Below are positions 1 to 9,552 of a stretch of DNA of 64,000 nt, piece after piece. Source of the DNA: a virus. The translations under genes and the position numbers were made by a program. Under the pieces are notes generated by a model that saw nothing but the letters and a program-made list of their open reading frames with translations, was not told the origin of the DNA and did no database searches. Location: the IMG/VR virus record IMGVR_UViG_3300025646_005470, one strand, 5' to 3'. Within the stretch, counting starts at the first letter, position 1. The number at the start of each line of letters is the position of its first letter.

Positions 1-160
1 TTTGTTTTAATTGCTTACATTCTTGTGGAGCAAAGATACAGCCTAGCATATTTGATATCGCTCCATTAAACACAGAAACCGACGGTTCTGATTTATTTAC
101 TACCGGTTCTTTTGTCGCACAAGAGGCAACTATTAATAATAAAAATATATATTTCATAAA

Positions 161-367
161 TTACGCTGAATGTTTTGGCATTTTCTTTTCGACGAACCAA
201 ACATGTTTTTTAATCACAGGATCATATTTTCTTATTCTTAGTTTAATTCCTCGTTTTTCACCTTTTGTTGGTTTTTTAACATAATACCTAGTTCCGGTAT
301 CTGTTTTGTTATCTTCAGGAACCATCATTTTAAGTTCGTACGTTTTTTTACTACTTTTCTTTGCCAT
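161..367 (-). CDS. rpmG: 50S ribosomal protein bL33 (phage-encoded)
   Basis: 68 aa basic protein ending KLRIRKYDPVIKKHVWFVEKK, the bL33 C-terminal signature (KYDP..RKHV.F.E); Zn-free type. Confidence 0.9.
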   Translation of the reverse strand: MAKKSSKKTYELKMMVPEDNKTDTGTRYYVKKPTKGEKRGIKLRIRKYDPVIKKHVWFVEKKMPKHSA

Positions 368-575
368 CTAATTCTTCTTCTAGTTTTTTAAGTTTTTTAT
401 CTATTTTTTTATTCAATTTATCAACTTGCTTATTTAGTTGTTTTAAGTTTTCCATGTATTCATTGAACTTATTTAGTGGTAACATATTATTAACTGTTTT
501 AAATTGACTCTGCATAACTTTTTTAATATACAAAGGGTGACGTTTTAAATCAATTATGTTATTTGTTTTGCTCAT
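351..575 (-). CDS. hypothetical protein, C-terminal coiled coil
   Basis: 74 aa ORF overlapping both neighbours; no recognised family. Confidence 0.6.
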   Translation of the reverse strand: MSKTNNIIDLKRHPLYIKKVMQSQFKTVNNMLPLNKFNEYMENLKQLNKQVDKLNKKIDKKLKKLEEELDGKEK

Positions 576-1494
576 ATACTCTTTTTACTACCTTACCAAT
601 ATTTACTCTATTATATGTTTGATCTCTATGAAATTGATCCCATTGTCTATCTCCAAGTGCAATGTGTATACAATTACTTGGTGTTAAATTGTATGTTTTA
701 CAAACTTGTTGCTGTGCTACATGATATTTATTCCATTGATGATCTGGTGTAAAATTACGCATTAATTCTAAACTAATTTGTGTGTTTAAATGACAACCAT
801 GCGACCAATCTGCCTGTAGTGCTAGTCTATCTTTTCTTGCATTTGAATCATATTCTATTGTACCATGTCTTGAAAAACGTATGCCTGCTCTATAGTTTCC
901 TGTGCATAGTCCTTTAGTTGTTGAAAAAGCAACTTCTTGAATTGCAGGATGTGATAAATCTATATTAATACCTTTACAAGTTCCAAACCATGCTATATCA
1001 ACAAATACAGGAACTTTTAATTCATATGCTTGATCAAACATTTCTGTCATCCGTTGATGCTGTGATCCTGTACCACTAAATGGACAACTTATAATAACAG
1101 CATCATTTTTTTCTAATGGACGATCATCTATAAAATCATCATAACTCCAAGGATGAACATCTCTGTTGTAAGGATACTCTCCTTTAAACATTCTTAACTT
1201 TAATCCTTGTTCAAGTATATAATAGTGAAATTCGTCAAGTGATTGTGTTACACCAACTGATGGAAATCTATAATTAAAACTTTCTAATCCTTTTATAGAA
1301 TTTAATTCGCTTGATTCTATCCATGTAGGATAAAAATCTACAAACTCTTCTTGACAGTTTAAATCTCCATTTTTTAAAATTTCATTTAAAAAGTCTTTGT
1401 CTAGTAAGTGTGTGACAAACTCACTATTATAGATAGAGTTACCATTGCGTTTAAACTCTGTGTTTGATTCTGTATACTGTGATTGTTCTGCCAT
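559..1494 (-). CDS. PLP-dependent fold-type I enzyme (aminotransferase-like)
   Basis: VFVDIAW (PLP-binding Asp), FSTTKGL (Schiff-base Lys), following RAG; substrate unknown. Confidence 0.6.
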   Translation of the reverse strand: MAEQSQYTESNTEFKRNGNSIYNSEFVTHLLDKDFLNEILKNGDLNCQEEFVDFYPTWIESSELNSIKGLESFNYRFPSVGVTQSLDEFHYYILEQGLKLRMFKGEYPYNRDVHPWSYDDFIDDRPLEKNDAVIISCPFSGTGSQHQRMTEMFDQAYELKVPVFVDIAWFGTCKGINIDLSHPAIQEVAFSTTKGLCTGNYRAGIRFSRHGTIEYDSNARKDRLALQADWSHGCHLNTQISLELMRNFTPDHQWNKYHVAQQQVCKTYNLTPSNCIHIALGDRQWDQFHRDQTYNRVNIGKVVKRVYEQNK

Positions 1495-1820
1495 TAAATG
1501 TCTTGTGCTACTGTTAACTTCATTCCGTCCATATCAGCAGTTACTGGTACTTGACAACCAAGTCTTGAATTTTTTCTATTGTCTGAACTCATATCTAACA
1601 TATCTGCTTCATCATCGTCTTTAGTATTTAACTTGTCTGTGTATGCTTCATCTACATAAATATGGCAGGTTGCACAGGCACAACATCCACCACAATCACC
1701 AAAATGTTCCATAGGAATATTACGCAGTATTACATCTTTGATTGTAAATCCTATATCTGCTTCAATCTCATGTGTGTTACCTTGTCTATCTGTAACGTGT
1801 AATTTTACTGTGTCGCTCAT
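1494..1820 (-). CDS. fdx: [2Fe-2S] ferredoxin, adrenodoxin/ISC type
   Basis: CGGCCACATCH and SRLGCQ motifs. Confidence 0.93.
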   Translation of the reverse strand: MSDTVKLHVTDRQGNTHEIEADIGFTIKDVILRNIPMEHFGDCGGCCACATCHIYVDEAYTDKLNTKDDDEADMLDMSSDNRKNSRLGCQVPVTADMDGMKLTVAQDI

Positions 1821-2848
1821 AGGTTAACTACCTCTTTCTTATTTGTCATTCTGTTGTAAAAATCTATACTGGCTAGATTTTTTGCTTTAGACTCGCACAT
1901 GATATCAAAATCTGTTGTAAATGCCCAAGCCCATTGATTTACTGCGTCATTCCAAAAGTAATCAGAATGTGCTCGTAACTTTGCTTTTTTGTAACCACTT
2001 TCTAGCAGTTTATTCATATCTGGTTTTTCATTTTTAATATGATGTTCTAGTACATCTTCTCTGCTTACACTATAGTGTAGCACAGGTCGTACACCACGCC
2101 AACTATCCTGTATTCGTTTGACTCTGTCATCTGTAGGATAAATGTATTCACCTGACTTAACCCAGTGATGATGTATATCAAGTACTAGTGCAACATGATC
2201 TACAAGTTCTAGACTAGCATCAATACCCCAACTCATTTCATCATTCTCAATTGTAATACAGTTTCTTGCTTCTGGTGAGAGTCTTGGTAACACGTCAATA
2301 ATACCTTGTGGACCTTGCTTACCAGATATGTGTACATTGCATTTAAAATCTTGAAACTGTTTACCATAGCCCATCCAACGTGCTACATCAATATGATATT
2401 CAAATTCTTCTATGCTTCTGTTTACTATGTCTGGATTATCACTGGCAAGGACGGTAAACTGACCTGGATGCATACTAAGACGTACATCATGTGTTCTTGC
2501 TAGTTCGCCTACTTTTGCAAACTCACGTTCACAATAATCTCTAACATCCTGTCGTTTCCAATAGTAACTCCATGTTGGTTCTGTGTACACAGGTAATACA
2601 TCACTGCCTAAACGTACCATTCTAAACTGTGGTTCTAGGCTACCAACATATTCAACTAGTTTCTTAAATGAATCAATGTTGTGTACCATTATGTCCCATA
2701 ATCGTTGCTCAGCAACCTGTTTGGTTTGTCTATTAAGCCAAGCCACAGTTGTTGCCTTACAGTTATAAGGACGTTGTAGATCTTCTAGCAGTTTTTTCTT
2801 CTGCTTTTGATCTGGGTGCATATATTTACAGGCAAAGCCTAGTCGCAT
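1817..2848 (-). CDS. uvsE: UV damage endonuclease (UVDE)
   Basis: MRLGFACKY, RLSMHPGQF, IENDE, LVLDIHHHW, HSDY, IMCESKAKN. Confidence 0.93.
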   Translation of the reverse strand: MRLGFACKYMHPDQKQKKKLLEDLQRPYNCKATTVAWLNRQTKQVAEQRLWDIMVHNIDSFKKLVEYVGSLEPQFRMVRLGSDVLPVYTEPTWSYYWKRQDVRDYCEREFAKVGELARTHDVRLSMHPGQFTVLASDNPDIVNRSIEEFEYHIDVARWMGYGKQFQDFKCNVHISGKQGPQGIIDVLPRLSPEARNCITIENDEMSWGIDASLELVDHVALVLDIHHHWVKSGEYIYPTDDRVKRIQDSWRGVRPVLHYSVSREDVLEHHIKNEKPDMNKLLESGYKKAKLRAHSDYFWNDAVNQWAWAFTTDFDIMCESKAKNLASIDFYNRMTNKKEVVNL

Positions 2849-3306
2849 AATTTTCCTAACTTTGTTACTCTACGTTTGTGTCTGCCGCCTTCAAACTCTG
2901 TTGTAAAAAATGTTTTTACAATTTTCTTTGCTTGACTTGATGTTGTAAAGTCTGCTCCTAAGCATAACACATTTGCATTGTTATGTCTACGAGCCATTTC
3001 TGCTTCTTTAGGTGTTCTACAAACCACTGCTCTAATATTTTTAAATCTATTGGCCGCAATGCTAACACCGTATCCAGAACCACATACTAATATACCATGT
3101 GAGTATATGTCAAAACTTCTACCAAACTCTTTTACCACATCTGGATAGTCTACTGACTGACCTGGTTCATGTGGTTTTAGATTCTGTATCACTGCTACGT
3201 CAAATTTTGTTGTATCAGAGTTATCAGGAGATATCCATTCTAATAATTTATGTTTCATTTCAAGGCCCCTATGATCTGAGCCCATAATAAGATCAATTGT
3301 TTTCAT
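2839..3306 (-). CDS. rpiB: ribose-5-phosphate isomerase B (RpiB/LacA family)
   Basis: GSDHRG, CGSGYGVSIAANR, ARRHNNANVLCLG, FEGGRH; start moved to ATG 3306 just downstream of a sigma70 promoter. Confidence 0.92.
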   Translation of the reverse strand: MKTIDLIMGSDHRGLEMKHKLLEWISPDNSDTTKFDVAVIQNLKPHEPGQSVDYPDVVKEFGRSFDIYSHGILVCGSGYGVSIAANRFKNIRAVVCRTPKEAEMARRHNNANVLCLGADFTTSSQAKKIVKTFFTTEFEGGRHKRRVTKLGKLCD

Positions 3307-3313
3307 ATATTGT

Positions 3314-3341
3314 ATTATATAACATTTTAGAAAATTGTCAA
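3314..3341 (-). promoter_or_regulatory. sigma70-type promoter, leaderless to rpiB
   Basis: TTGACA-16-TATAAT, 7 nt before ATG, no SD. Confidence 0.75.
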
Positions 3342-3343
3342 GT

Positions 3344-3367
3344 GGAAACGCCATTTCTAGCGTTCCC
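3344..3367 (-). terminator. hairpin after porin gene (terminator-like, no U-tract)
   Basis: GGGAACGCT-AGAAAT-GGCGTTTCC, 9 bp including G-U pairs. Confidence 0.45.
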
Positions 3368-3398
3368 ATTGATCAAGTATGTTCTGATTTGGCCTAAA

Positions 3399-4319
3399 TT
3401 AGAAAGTAAATTTAAGACCAGTTGAATAACTGTCAGTATCTAGTGTAGATCCTGTGTTATCTTCATGCTGATATTCAGCATACGTTGACAACGATTCTGT
3501 TATTCCATACGACACACCAGCAGTATAATATGCTGTTGAGTCTTCAACTTTACCATATCCACCTGTAAATACTGCTTTACCTGATGTGTATGAACCAACT
3601 ACTTCGTTAGCACTTACATCGGTTGTAGTATCTTTAAGTGTATATGAATAACCTACTGTTACTGAGTCTGATGCATCAATAGTAAAACCAGCACCGTAAT
3701 AGTCGATTTCATTGACTCTGTCGTTTGATATACCAGCTGATGCTGTTACCACTCCTTCAGAGAATGTTAACGTACCTTCTTGTACATCAATGCCGTCTTT
3801 GCCAGTTGAGCCATCAATTTTGACTAAACCGTCAAATGTAATTGCACCTACAGAATTACTGTAAGCAATTGTGTTTGTATCACGTGCAAATAAATTTTGA
3901 TCTGCACCTGAGCCGTACACTTCAAATACATCTGTATGACCACTTACATTTGTTGTAAATGGAGATGCTTGACGACCAGCGGATAATGATCCTAATGAAT
4001 CATGATTTAAACCTACATAGGCCAATCTTGAATCAAACGGATTATTGTCTGAATCATCAGTATCAACACCAAGTTCTAGTTTAGCGAAACCAGTAATGCC
4101 TTCGCTAATTGCTTCGCTGGCATCAATACCAATCTTCGATGAGTTATTCTCAGCTTTCATATAAGAGTTACCGCTTGAGTTTTCATCATTGCTAACTTTG
4201 TAGTTGATCGAGCCATAGATTTTTGTTTCTACTGCTTCTGCATCTTTACTACATGCTGTCAATGAGAACGCAAACACGATAATACTCATAAGTGATATAA
4301 TTATAGTTTTTCTCATCAT
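3399..4319 (-). CDS. outer-membrane porin (Gram-negative general porin type)
   Basis: Signal peptide, IYGSINY, SSKIG, DSRLAYVGL, alternating beta-strands, C-terminal GLKFTF; GGAG SD. Confidence 0.85.
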   Translation of the reverse strand: MMRKTIIISLMSIIVFAFSLTACSKDAEAVETKIYGSINYKVSNDENSSGNSYMKAENNSSKIGIDASEAISEGITGFAKLELGVDTDDSDNNPFDSRLAYVGLNHDSLGSLSAGRQASPFTTNVSGHTDVFEVYGSGADQNLFARDTNTIAYSNSVGAITFDGLVKIDGSTGKDGIDVQEGTLTFSEGVVTASAGISNDRVNEIDYYGAGFTIDASDSVTVGYSYTLKDTTTDVSANEVVGSYTSGKAVFTGGYGKVEDSTAYYTAGVSYGITESLSTYAEYQHEDNTGSTLDTDSYSTGLKFTF

Positions 4320-4378
4320 TTTCTCCTTTTCTCAATTCCTTAAAGAATTGTATTTCTAGACTGTGTCTAGATTTATCA

Positions 4379-4407
4379 ACTATATACTAATAGTTGTAAA
4401 CTGTCAA
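4379..4407 (-). promoter_or_regulatory. sigma70-type promoter of porin gene
   Basis: TTGACA-17-TATAGT; leader has inverted repeats at 4355-4371 and 4333-4350. Confidence 0.65.
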
Positions 4408-4420
4408 TAGATATTGTGGA

Positions 4421-4678
4421 TTATTTTTTCTCTTCTACTATATTTTGTGAGCCTCTAATTTCTAATTCTGGTTCTTCTTCTGTTTGTGTTGTAGAAGGAG
4501 ATACTATTTCTTCTAGTATATCTTTTGGATTAATTTCATTATTTTCCAAAGCTCTTAAGCATTCTGCTAAGGTAGGTCTTAACTTCATCCTGTGCATTTT
4601 TGCGGCAATTAAAACTAATTCAAATTTTGATACATCTGGATTTGATTCTAAAACCGAATGTGCAAATACTCTTCCCAT
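4421..4678 (-). CDS. rpoZ: RNA polymerase omega-subunit-like protein
   Basis: MGRV...SKFELVLIAAK...CLRALENNEI parallels RpoZ MARV...NRFELVLLAA...ALREI; acidic tail; AGGA SD. Confidence 0.65.
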   Translation of the reverse strand: MGRVFAHSVLESNPDVSKFELVLIAAKMHRMKLRPTLAECLRALENNEINPKDILEEIVSPSTTQTEEEPELEIRGSQNIVEEKK

Positions 4679-4693
4679 TTTTTCCTTTTCTTC

Positions 4694-4769
<76 letters not shown>

Positions 4770-4777
4770 CTTGCTTT

Positions 4778-4785
4778 TATTTATA
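4778..4785 (-). promoter_or_regulatory. T4-type late promoter TATAAATA
   Basis: Exact consensus 8 nt upstream of tRNA-Thr. Exact copies also at 17846-17853, 45906-45913, 55306-55313, 59281-59288; NATAAATA variants at 8037, 17172, 20103, 29415, 52320, 56860, 61987. Confidence 0.8.
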
Positions 4786-4788
4786 ATA

Positions 4789-4810
4789 GAAGGGCACCTA
4801 AATGCCCTTC
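4789..4810 (-). terminator. intrinsic terminator-like hairpin
   Basis: GAAGGGCA-6-TGCCCTTC after the small membrane gene. Confidence 0.6.
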
Positions 4811-4849
4811 TACTCGATATAAGTTATTGTTGTTATTTGTAACGAGAGA

Positions 4850-5074
4850 TTACTTTTTGCCTCTATTTGAGAGCCAGTAAATAACACCAATAGCAATTAA
4901 CCCTACTACACCAGCATCACCAAGTGAGCTTACTAGTGCAACAAGATTACCTACGACATCTGCAGGAAAAAATGGAACTGATCCAAATACTACCTGCAAT
5001 ACAATGCCTAGTAATAAAAATGTTAAAGCCAAGTCAGTAAGACTAGACAATAACCCTTTAATTTTATCAAGCAT
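4850..5074 (-). CDS. small membrane protein, paralog of 17892-18116
   Basis: MLDKIK...GIVLQVVFG...DVVGN...GVVGLIAIGVIYW; start set at ATG 5074 after AAGGAGG. Confidence 0.75.
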   Translation of the reverse strand: MLDKIKGLLSSLTDLALTFLLLGIVLQVVFGSVPFFPADVVGNLVALVSSLGDAGVVGLIAIGVIYWLSNRGKK

Positions 5075-5170
5075 AATGTTTTCCTCCTTATGAATGATTG
5101 AACATCCCTCTTGATCAATTATTATATTACTATGATTTTTAAATATTGTCAATGCTAAAAATTTTTATTT

Positions 5171-5521
5171 TTATGCAAAAGCATGATGTTTAAATTTTAA
5201 ATCAGGCCTAGATTCTAAAGATTGTCCACATTTATGGGCACATCTATGTAGTTTTGGATTATTTTTATCTTGTAATGTTTGGCCAAAACTATCCACAAGA
5301 TTTTTTCCATACTATTGATTTTTTATTATTTGTTCAAAAGAATAACTGTTTACATTAATAAATTCTTTACCATACTTTTTATATGTTTTAGAAATAAAAT
5401 CATTTGCTTGTAGTCTATTAGTAAGATAAACACGTTGATACGTATAACAGCAAGGAAATACATCTCCATTAGTTGCAAAGAAAACTGCATTTTGTATTTC
5501 TATTGGTTTTTCTAAATTAAG
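5171..5521 (-). pseudogene. C-terminal remnant of a radical SAM (twitch/SPASM) gene
   Basis: Hand translation ...FFATNGDVFPCCY...QIIKNQ*YGKNLVDSF...LHRCAHKCG matches the C-terminus of 35373-36470; no start, one in-frame TAG. Confidence 0.7.
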
Positions 5522-8018
5522 ATATGATGTTATTTGCTTGGTTGACCCAAGTTTTAAATTTTTCTTGTGCTTGTTGTTCTACTTGTTGTTCTTTTAGGCC
5601 TTTTCTTATCATTCCCATTACGCTTGGTTTTGTGATTATTTTTGATAATTTTGATACTACTTCAATTACATCATCTTTGTAACTGATTGGTAAATCTTTG
5701 CCTTTGGCAAGCATACGCATTGCTGTTTTAAATCTTGACACATTCTTTTTATCAACAAGACCTTCTCTTGCCAACATATCAAGTTTTGATAAATCTGTTT
5801 GTGAAAGTGATTCTGATAATGCTATAGCAAGTTTTTGTCTTTTGTTAGCGTCTTTGAGTGCTCTTGAAATCTTTTTCATAATTGGTTGAATAAACTGCTG
5901 TAACTGTCCTGATATTGGTTTGCCACCTGCTACACTGTTTACTGCTCGTAGTGTGGTTTGATTAGCAGTTGGATCAATTTTTTGTAGTTGTGCTATTGCA
6001 ACTTTGTCATCTTGTGTTGCTTCACTGTCTGCTGGAAATGGTTTGTCTTTGGATAGTGCTGTTGTTCCACGATTACCTTGTTGAATAGTCATCATGTTTT
6101 GTTGACCACCTGGACCTTTGTCAGGATCTACAACTTTGGCAGTTTTTTCTTTTCCATCTTCGCCTGTCCATTTTATTTCATCACCTTTTTTAAATTGATA
6201 TTGATTAGGTTGTTGCTGTTTATCAGTACCTGATTGTTGTTTGGCTAAAGTTGTTTTTACTTTGTCTTCAACTTGATCTCTTGTTACTTCTCCTGTTGTA
6301 TTTGCTGGATTATCAACAATATCAGATACATTTATTTGATGATTTTTTTGAAACCATGCAACCACTTGTTCACTGTCTGGTTTAGTTTGTTTAAAAGTTA
6401 AATAATCATTCCATACTTGATCTGATACATTGTTTATACCTTGTTTTGCTTTTGCTACTGTTTTTAAGTTTCCCATACCAGGTACGGAACCAAGTTTGTT
6501 TTGCACTGCTGTAGCAGTTCTACTTGCTACACGACCTAATGCACTTTTAACTGCTTTGCCAAATGGTGCTTCTTCTATGTTATCATCTTCACCTAAAGTA
6601 AATGATCTCATCAAATGTTTGGCAGTATCATTGACCCATTCGTCATCATCAATTGCTTGTACAAGTGCCGCAATTTTTTCATCAGCACTATCGCCAGGAA
6701 TTTTTTTGGCTGTTACAATCCTTGATCCACTTTGTGGTGATACACCAGTGAACTGTTTTAGTTGTGGAAATTGATCTGACCACAATGAATCATCATTGAT
6801 TGCTTGAATCAACTCACGTAGAGTCACTGCGGCATCGTCACTGCCTATGCTTTTTTTATATAAATTTCTAAATTGATCTAAACTTCCTTCATCTTCTTTG
6901 ATATCACCTTGATCTTCATACTTAGAATTCACTGTTCTAGTTTTGCCTTTGCCAAGGAAACCTGTGCCACCCATGTTTTGTTTGAATCGTTCTGCCGCAT
7001 CTGGTTCTGCAAAATCAAATCCGTCTTTTTGTAGAATGGCCTTGATTTCAACAGTATTGATGTTTAACATCTTTGATATGTAATGAAGTATTTCGTCCTG
7101 CTCCAAGTCTGCCTGTGTGCCTGAACTAAACATTGTGACAATTAAGTCATGGAAGCCAGGTGATTGTTTGATTTTTTTAAGTGACGTGGAATCTTGTCCC
7201 ATAGGATTTATAAGCTGAGAAAAATCATCATAATCATCTTCGCTCACTGAATCCTTGTCCATTCTTCTTCTTTGTTTGTTGGCAGATTTTTTAATTGTTT
7301 TTTTTACCACGTTCATTGCTCGCTTGGTTAAAATTTCTGGTTTGGCATCTCTACCTTTTTGTGTAGGCACATCCTCGCCTTCTGATTTTACCACACCATA
7401 TTTTTTGTTGGCAATTTTTCTGTAATCTTCTTTGTCACCGTATGACATTTTATCCCACACCTTGCCATCTTTTTCAGCAAGTTCACGGGCATACTGTTCA
7501 GCATACCAGGCATTTAAATCTGCTTCGTTAACATCATCTTCATTTAAATCTTTTTGCATTTGATCTTTTGATTTACCATATTTCTTTTCAAACTCTGCAT
7601 CTGATAGTGTTTTGATGTCTAAATCAATTTCTGACATTTTGCCTTCTACTAATCCAAGGTCATCAAGTTTATTTGCTATCCATTCATATGGATCACCATC
7701 TCTAGCCTTTGCAGTGCCATAGGGCATTTCACCTGTGTCAAAATGAAAATACACAAACAGTTTTTCATAGATGTTAGGAGCATCCATCAAGTCTCCTGTT
7801 TGCATAAACTTTTTCCACTCTTGTGGATATTTCTGTATTACCATTTTCACATAGGTTGTGTCATCTGATTCACCCAGTGCTTCTTTTTTCTTTGGTTTGC
7901 CGTGTTTGTTGTGTTGAGCCCATGCAATGGCGTAGGGTGCACCTGGATCGTCAAACTTCTTTTTTAGTTTTTTAACTTGTTTTTCTCTACCTGGGGGTGC
8001 TACTTCGCTGAATTTCAT
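5517..8018 (-). CDS. large modular protein, probable internal head protein
   Basis: 833 aa; MKFSEV N-terminus; modules such as PYAIAWAQHNK separated by hydrophobic-x-Glu motifs; preceded by GATAAATA and AGGAG. Confidence 0.7.
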   Translation of the reverse strand: MKFSEVAPPGREKQVKKLKKKFDDPGAPYAIAWAQHNKHGKPKKKEALGESDDTTYVKMVIQKYPQEWKKFMQTGDLMDAPNIYEKLFVYFHFDTGEMPYGTAKARDGDPYEWIANKLDDLGLVEGKMSEIDLDIKTLSDAEFEKKYGKSKDQMQKDLNEDDVNEADLNAWYAEQYARELAEKDGKVWDKMSYGDKEDYRKIANKKYGVVKSEGEDVPTQKGRDAKPEILTKRAMNVVKKTIKKSANKQRRRMDKDSVSEDDYDDFSQLINPMGQDSTSLKKIKQSPGFHDLIVTMFSSGTQADLEQDEILHYISKMLNINTVEIKAILQKDGFDFAEPDAAERFKQNMGGTGFLGKGKTRTVNSKYEDQGDIKEDEGSLDQFRNLYKKSIGSDDAAVTLRELIQAINDDSLWSDQFPQLKQFTGVSPQSGSRIVTAKKIPGDSADEKIAALVQAIDDDEWVNDTAKHLMRSFTLGEDDNIEEAPFGKAVKSALGRVASRTATAVQNKLGSVPGMGNLKTVAKAKQGINNVSDQVWNDYLTFKQTKPDSEQVVAWFQKNHQINVSDIVDNPANTTGEVTRDQVEDKVKTTLAKQQSGTDKQQQPNQYQFKKGDEIKWTGEDGKEKTAKVVDPDKGPGGQQNMMTIQQGNRGTTALSKDKPFPADSEATQDDKVAIAQLQKIDPTANQTTLRAVNSVAGGKPISGQLQQFIQPIMKKISRALKDANKRQKLAIALSESLSQTDLSKLDMLAREGLVDKKNVSRFKTAMRMLAKGKDLPISYKDDVIEVVSKLSKIITKPSVMGMIRKGLKEQQVEQQAQEKFKTWVNQANNIIS

Positions 8019-8039
8019 TGCATACTCCTATGTTTTTAT

Positions 8040-8291
8040 TTATCGTCTCAGCATTGGATATATGTCTTTTACTTTGGTCTTGTAGGACAGCATGTCTGGA
8101 CTATATCCCATTTTATAGATTTCTTTGCGTTTTTTACGTGAATTTTTGAATATTTTACCAAATGGATCAACTGCTTTGCGAGCCTGTGCGTGTGTGGTGC
8201 CAGGAGTCATTGGAAAAGCAATTGTGGCTATGTCGCCACTGGCTGTTGCACCTACTGTAGCATCTTCTGTGATAATATCTGTGATACGCAT
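8040..8291 (-). CDS. small probable head protein
   Basis: MRITDIITE|DATVGATASGDIAT. Confidence 0.6.
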   Translation of the reverse strand: MRITDIITEDATVGATASGDIATIAFPMTPGTTHAQARKAVDPFGKIFKNSRKKRKEIYKMGYSPDMLSYKTKVKDIYPMLRR

Positions 8292-8299
8292 GTATATAT

Positions 8300-9550
8300 T
8301 TATATACTCACTGTATTTAAAAAGTCTACCATATCTTTGTGCAGATAATCCACATATGATTGATTTCTATTGATGTCAAAATTAACTATGTCTGTTTTCA
8401 TTTTGTGCCAATGCTGTGATTTATCACTGTCTGCTGTGTCTAAAGAATTTTTAAGATACTGTTTGACTTCACCTAGACTAGCATCATCTAGAGTGTTTAA
8501 ATTATCTAGTACAGATCTAATCATGTAATTTGGTAACCATTTACAAGCAAGAGGACCTTCATATGGATGCACAAAATCAAATGAGAAGTGTATGTCTTTG
8601 TCTACATTTTTGTAGAAGTTTTTGTAGTAATTAACATAATCATATATATTGTGTAGATTGTAAACTGACAACACAAATGCATGTGATATGTCTTTGCAGT
8701 TTACATCTGAATTGACAAATTTTGTAATGCTGTTTTGCAATTTATCAAACGGCATTGGATATCTAATATACTCATAGATTTTGCCTATGCCATCAACGCT
8801 GAACACAGGACTAAAACTTTTAAAGTTATTGATTTTTTCTATTGCTTGATCTGTAAACTTGGTTGCATTTGTAATCACATGCAGATCAATATGCTGTGCA
8901 TGTTTTGTTTCAATTGCATGATCTAAAAATTCTCTAAAACGTTTGCTGACAAAAACTTCACCACCTGTAAACTTAATGTGTTGGCATGTGTCTAGATTAT
9001 TCAACAAGTGCTTCCATTCAGATGGACTAGCCATAGATGTTTTATTATTGTAATCTTCCCAACCTGCAGGTAATTCTACTCCATGTTGTTTAAACAGTTC
9101 ATAATCTTTTTGCAGTTGGTTACTGAGCCATGGAGTACACATTCTACATCGTAGATTACATTCATTGCTTATTTGTATATCATATGAAGTTACCTGTAAA
9201 TTGTTAATTGAAGAAACATACTGCTTGCCATTTGGTGAATATCGTAATCTATCACTGGTACCTGTTTGTGCTTCTCTTTGCCAACAGGTTTTACAAGCAG
9301 AATTTTTTACACCAGACATTGCATCACGTCTTAGTTTTTCAAATGCACTGTGATTAAATATATTTTTGATCTTATTGCCTGGTGCTGTTTCAACTTCGTG
9401 TTTCCACGATTGCCAATTCATAGGATCGTGTTGCGTGTTTTGTGATACACAACAAGGCAATGGCACATTTATTTTACCATCTTTCCATTCTTTAATAGCA
9501 AGACGATGAAATGGATACCAACAAAATGTATTGTCTCTACTAGGTTTCAC
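8300..9550 (-). CDS. radical SAM enzyme with N-terminal twitch/SPASM-like Cys region
   Basis: FCWYPF, PCC, CxxC, CNLRCRMC, FTGGE, SVDG. Confidence 0.88.
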   Translation of the reverse strand: MKPSRDNTFCWYPFHRLAIKEWKDGKINVPLPCCVSQNTQHDPMNWQSWKHEVETAPGNKIKNIFNHSAFEKLRRDAMSGVKNSACKTCWQREAQTGTSDRLRYSPNGKQYVSSINNLQVTSYDIQISNECNLRCRMCTPWLSNQLQKDYELFKQHGVELPAGWEDYNNKTSMASPSEWKHLLNNLDTCQHIKFTGGEVFVSKRFREFLDHAIETKHAQHIDLHVITNATKFTDQAIEKINNFKSFSPVFSVDGIGKIYEYIRYPMPFDKLQNSITKFVNSDVNCKDISHAFVLSVYNLHNIYDYVNYYKNFYKNVDKDIHFSFDFVHPYEGPLACKWLPNYMIRSVLDNLNTLDDASLGEVKQYLKNSLDTADSDKSQHWHKMKTDIVNFDINRNQSYVDYLHKDMVDFLNTVSI

Positions 9551-9552
9551 TT

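Noticed and set aside
5306-5320. TAG recoding suggested by the in-frame TAG in the radical SAM remnant
   Set aside because: TAG ends many intact genes exactly at family C-termini or coupled starts, and no suppressor tRNA is present.
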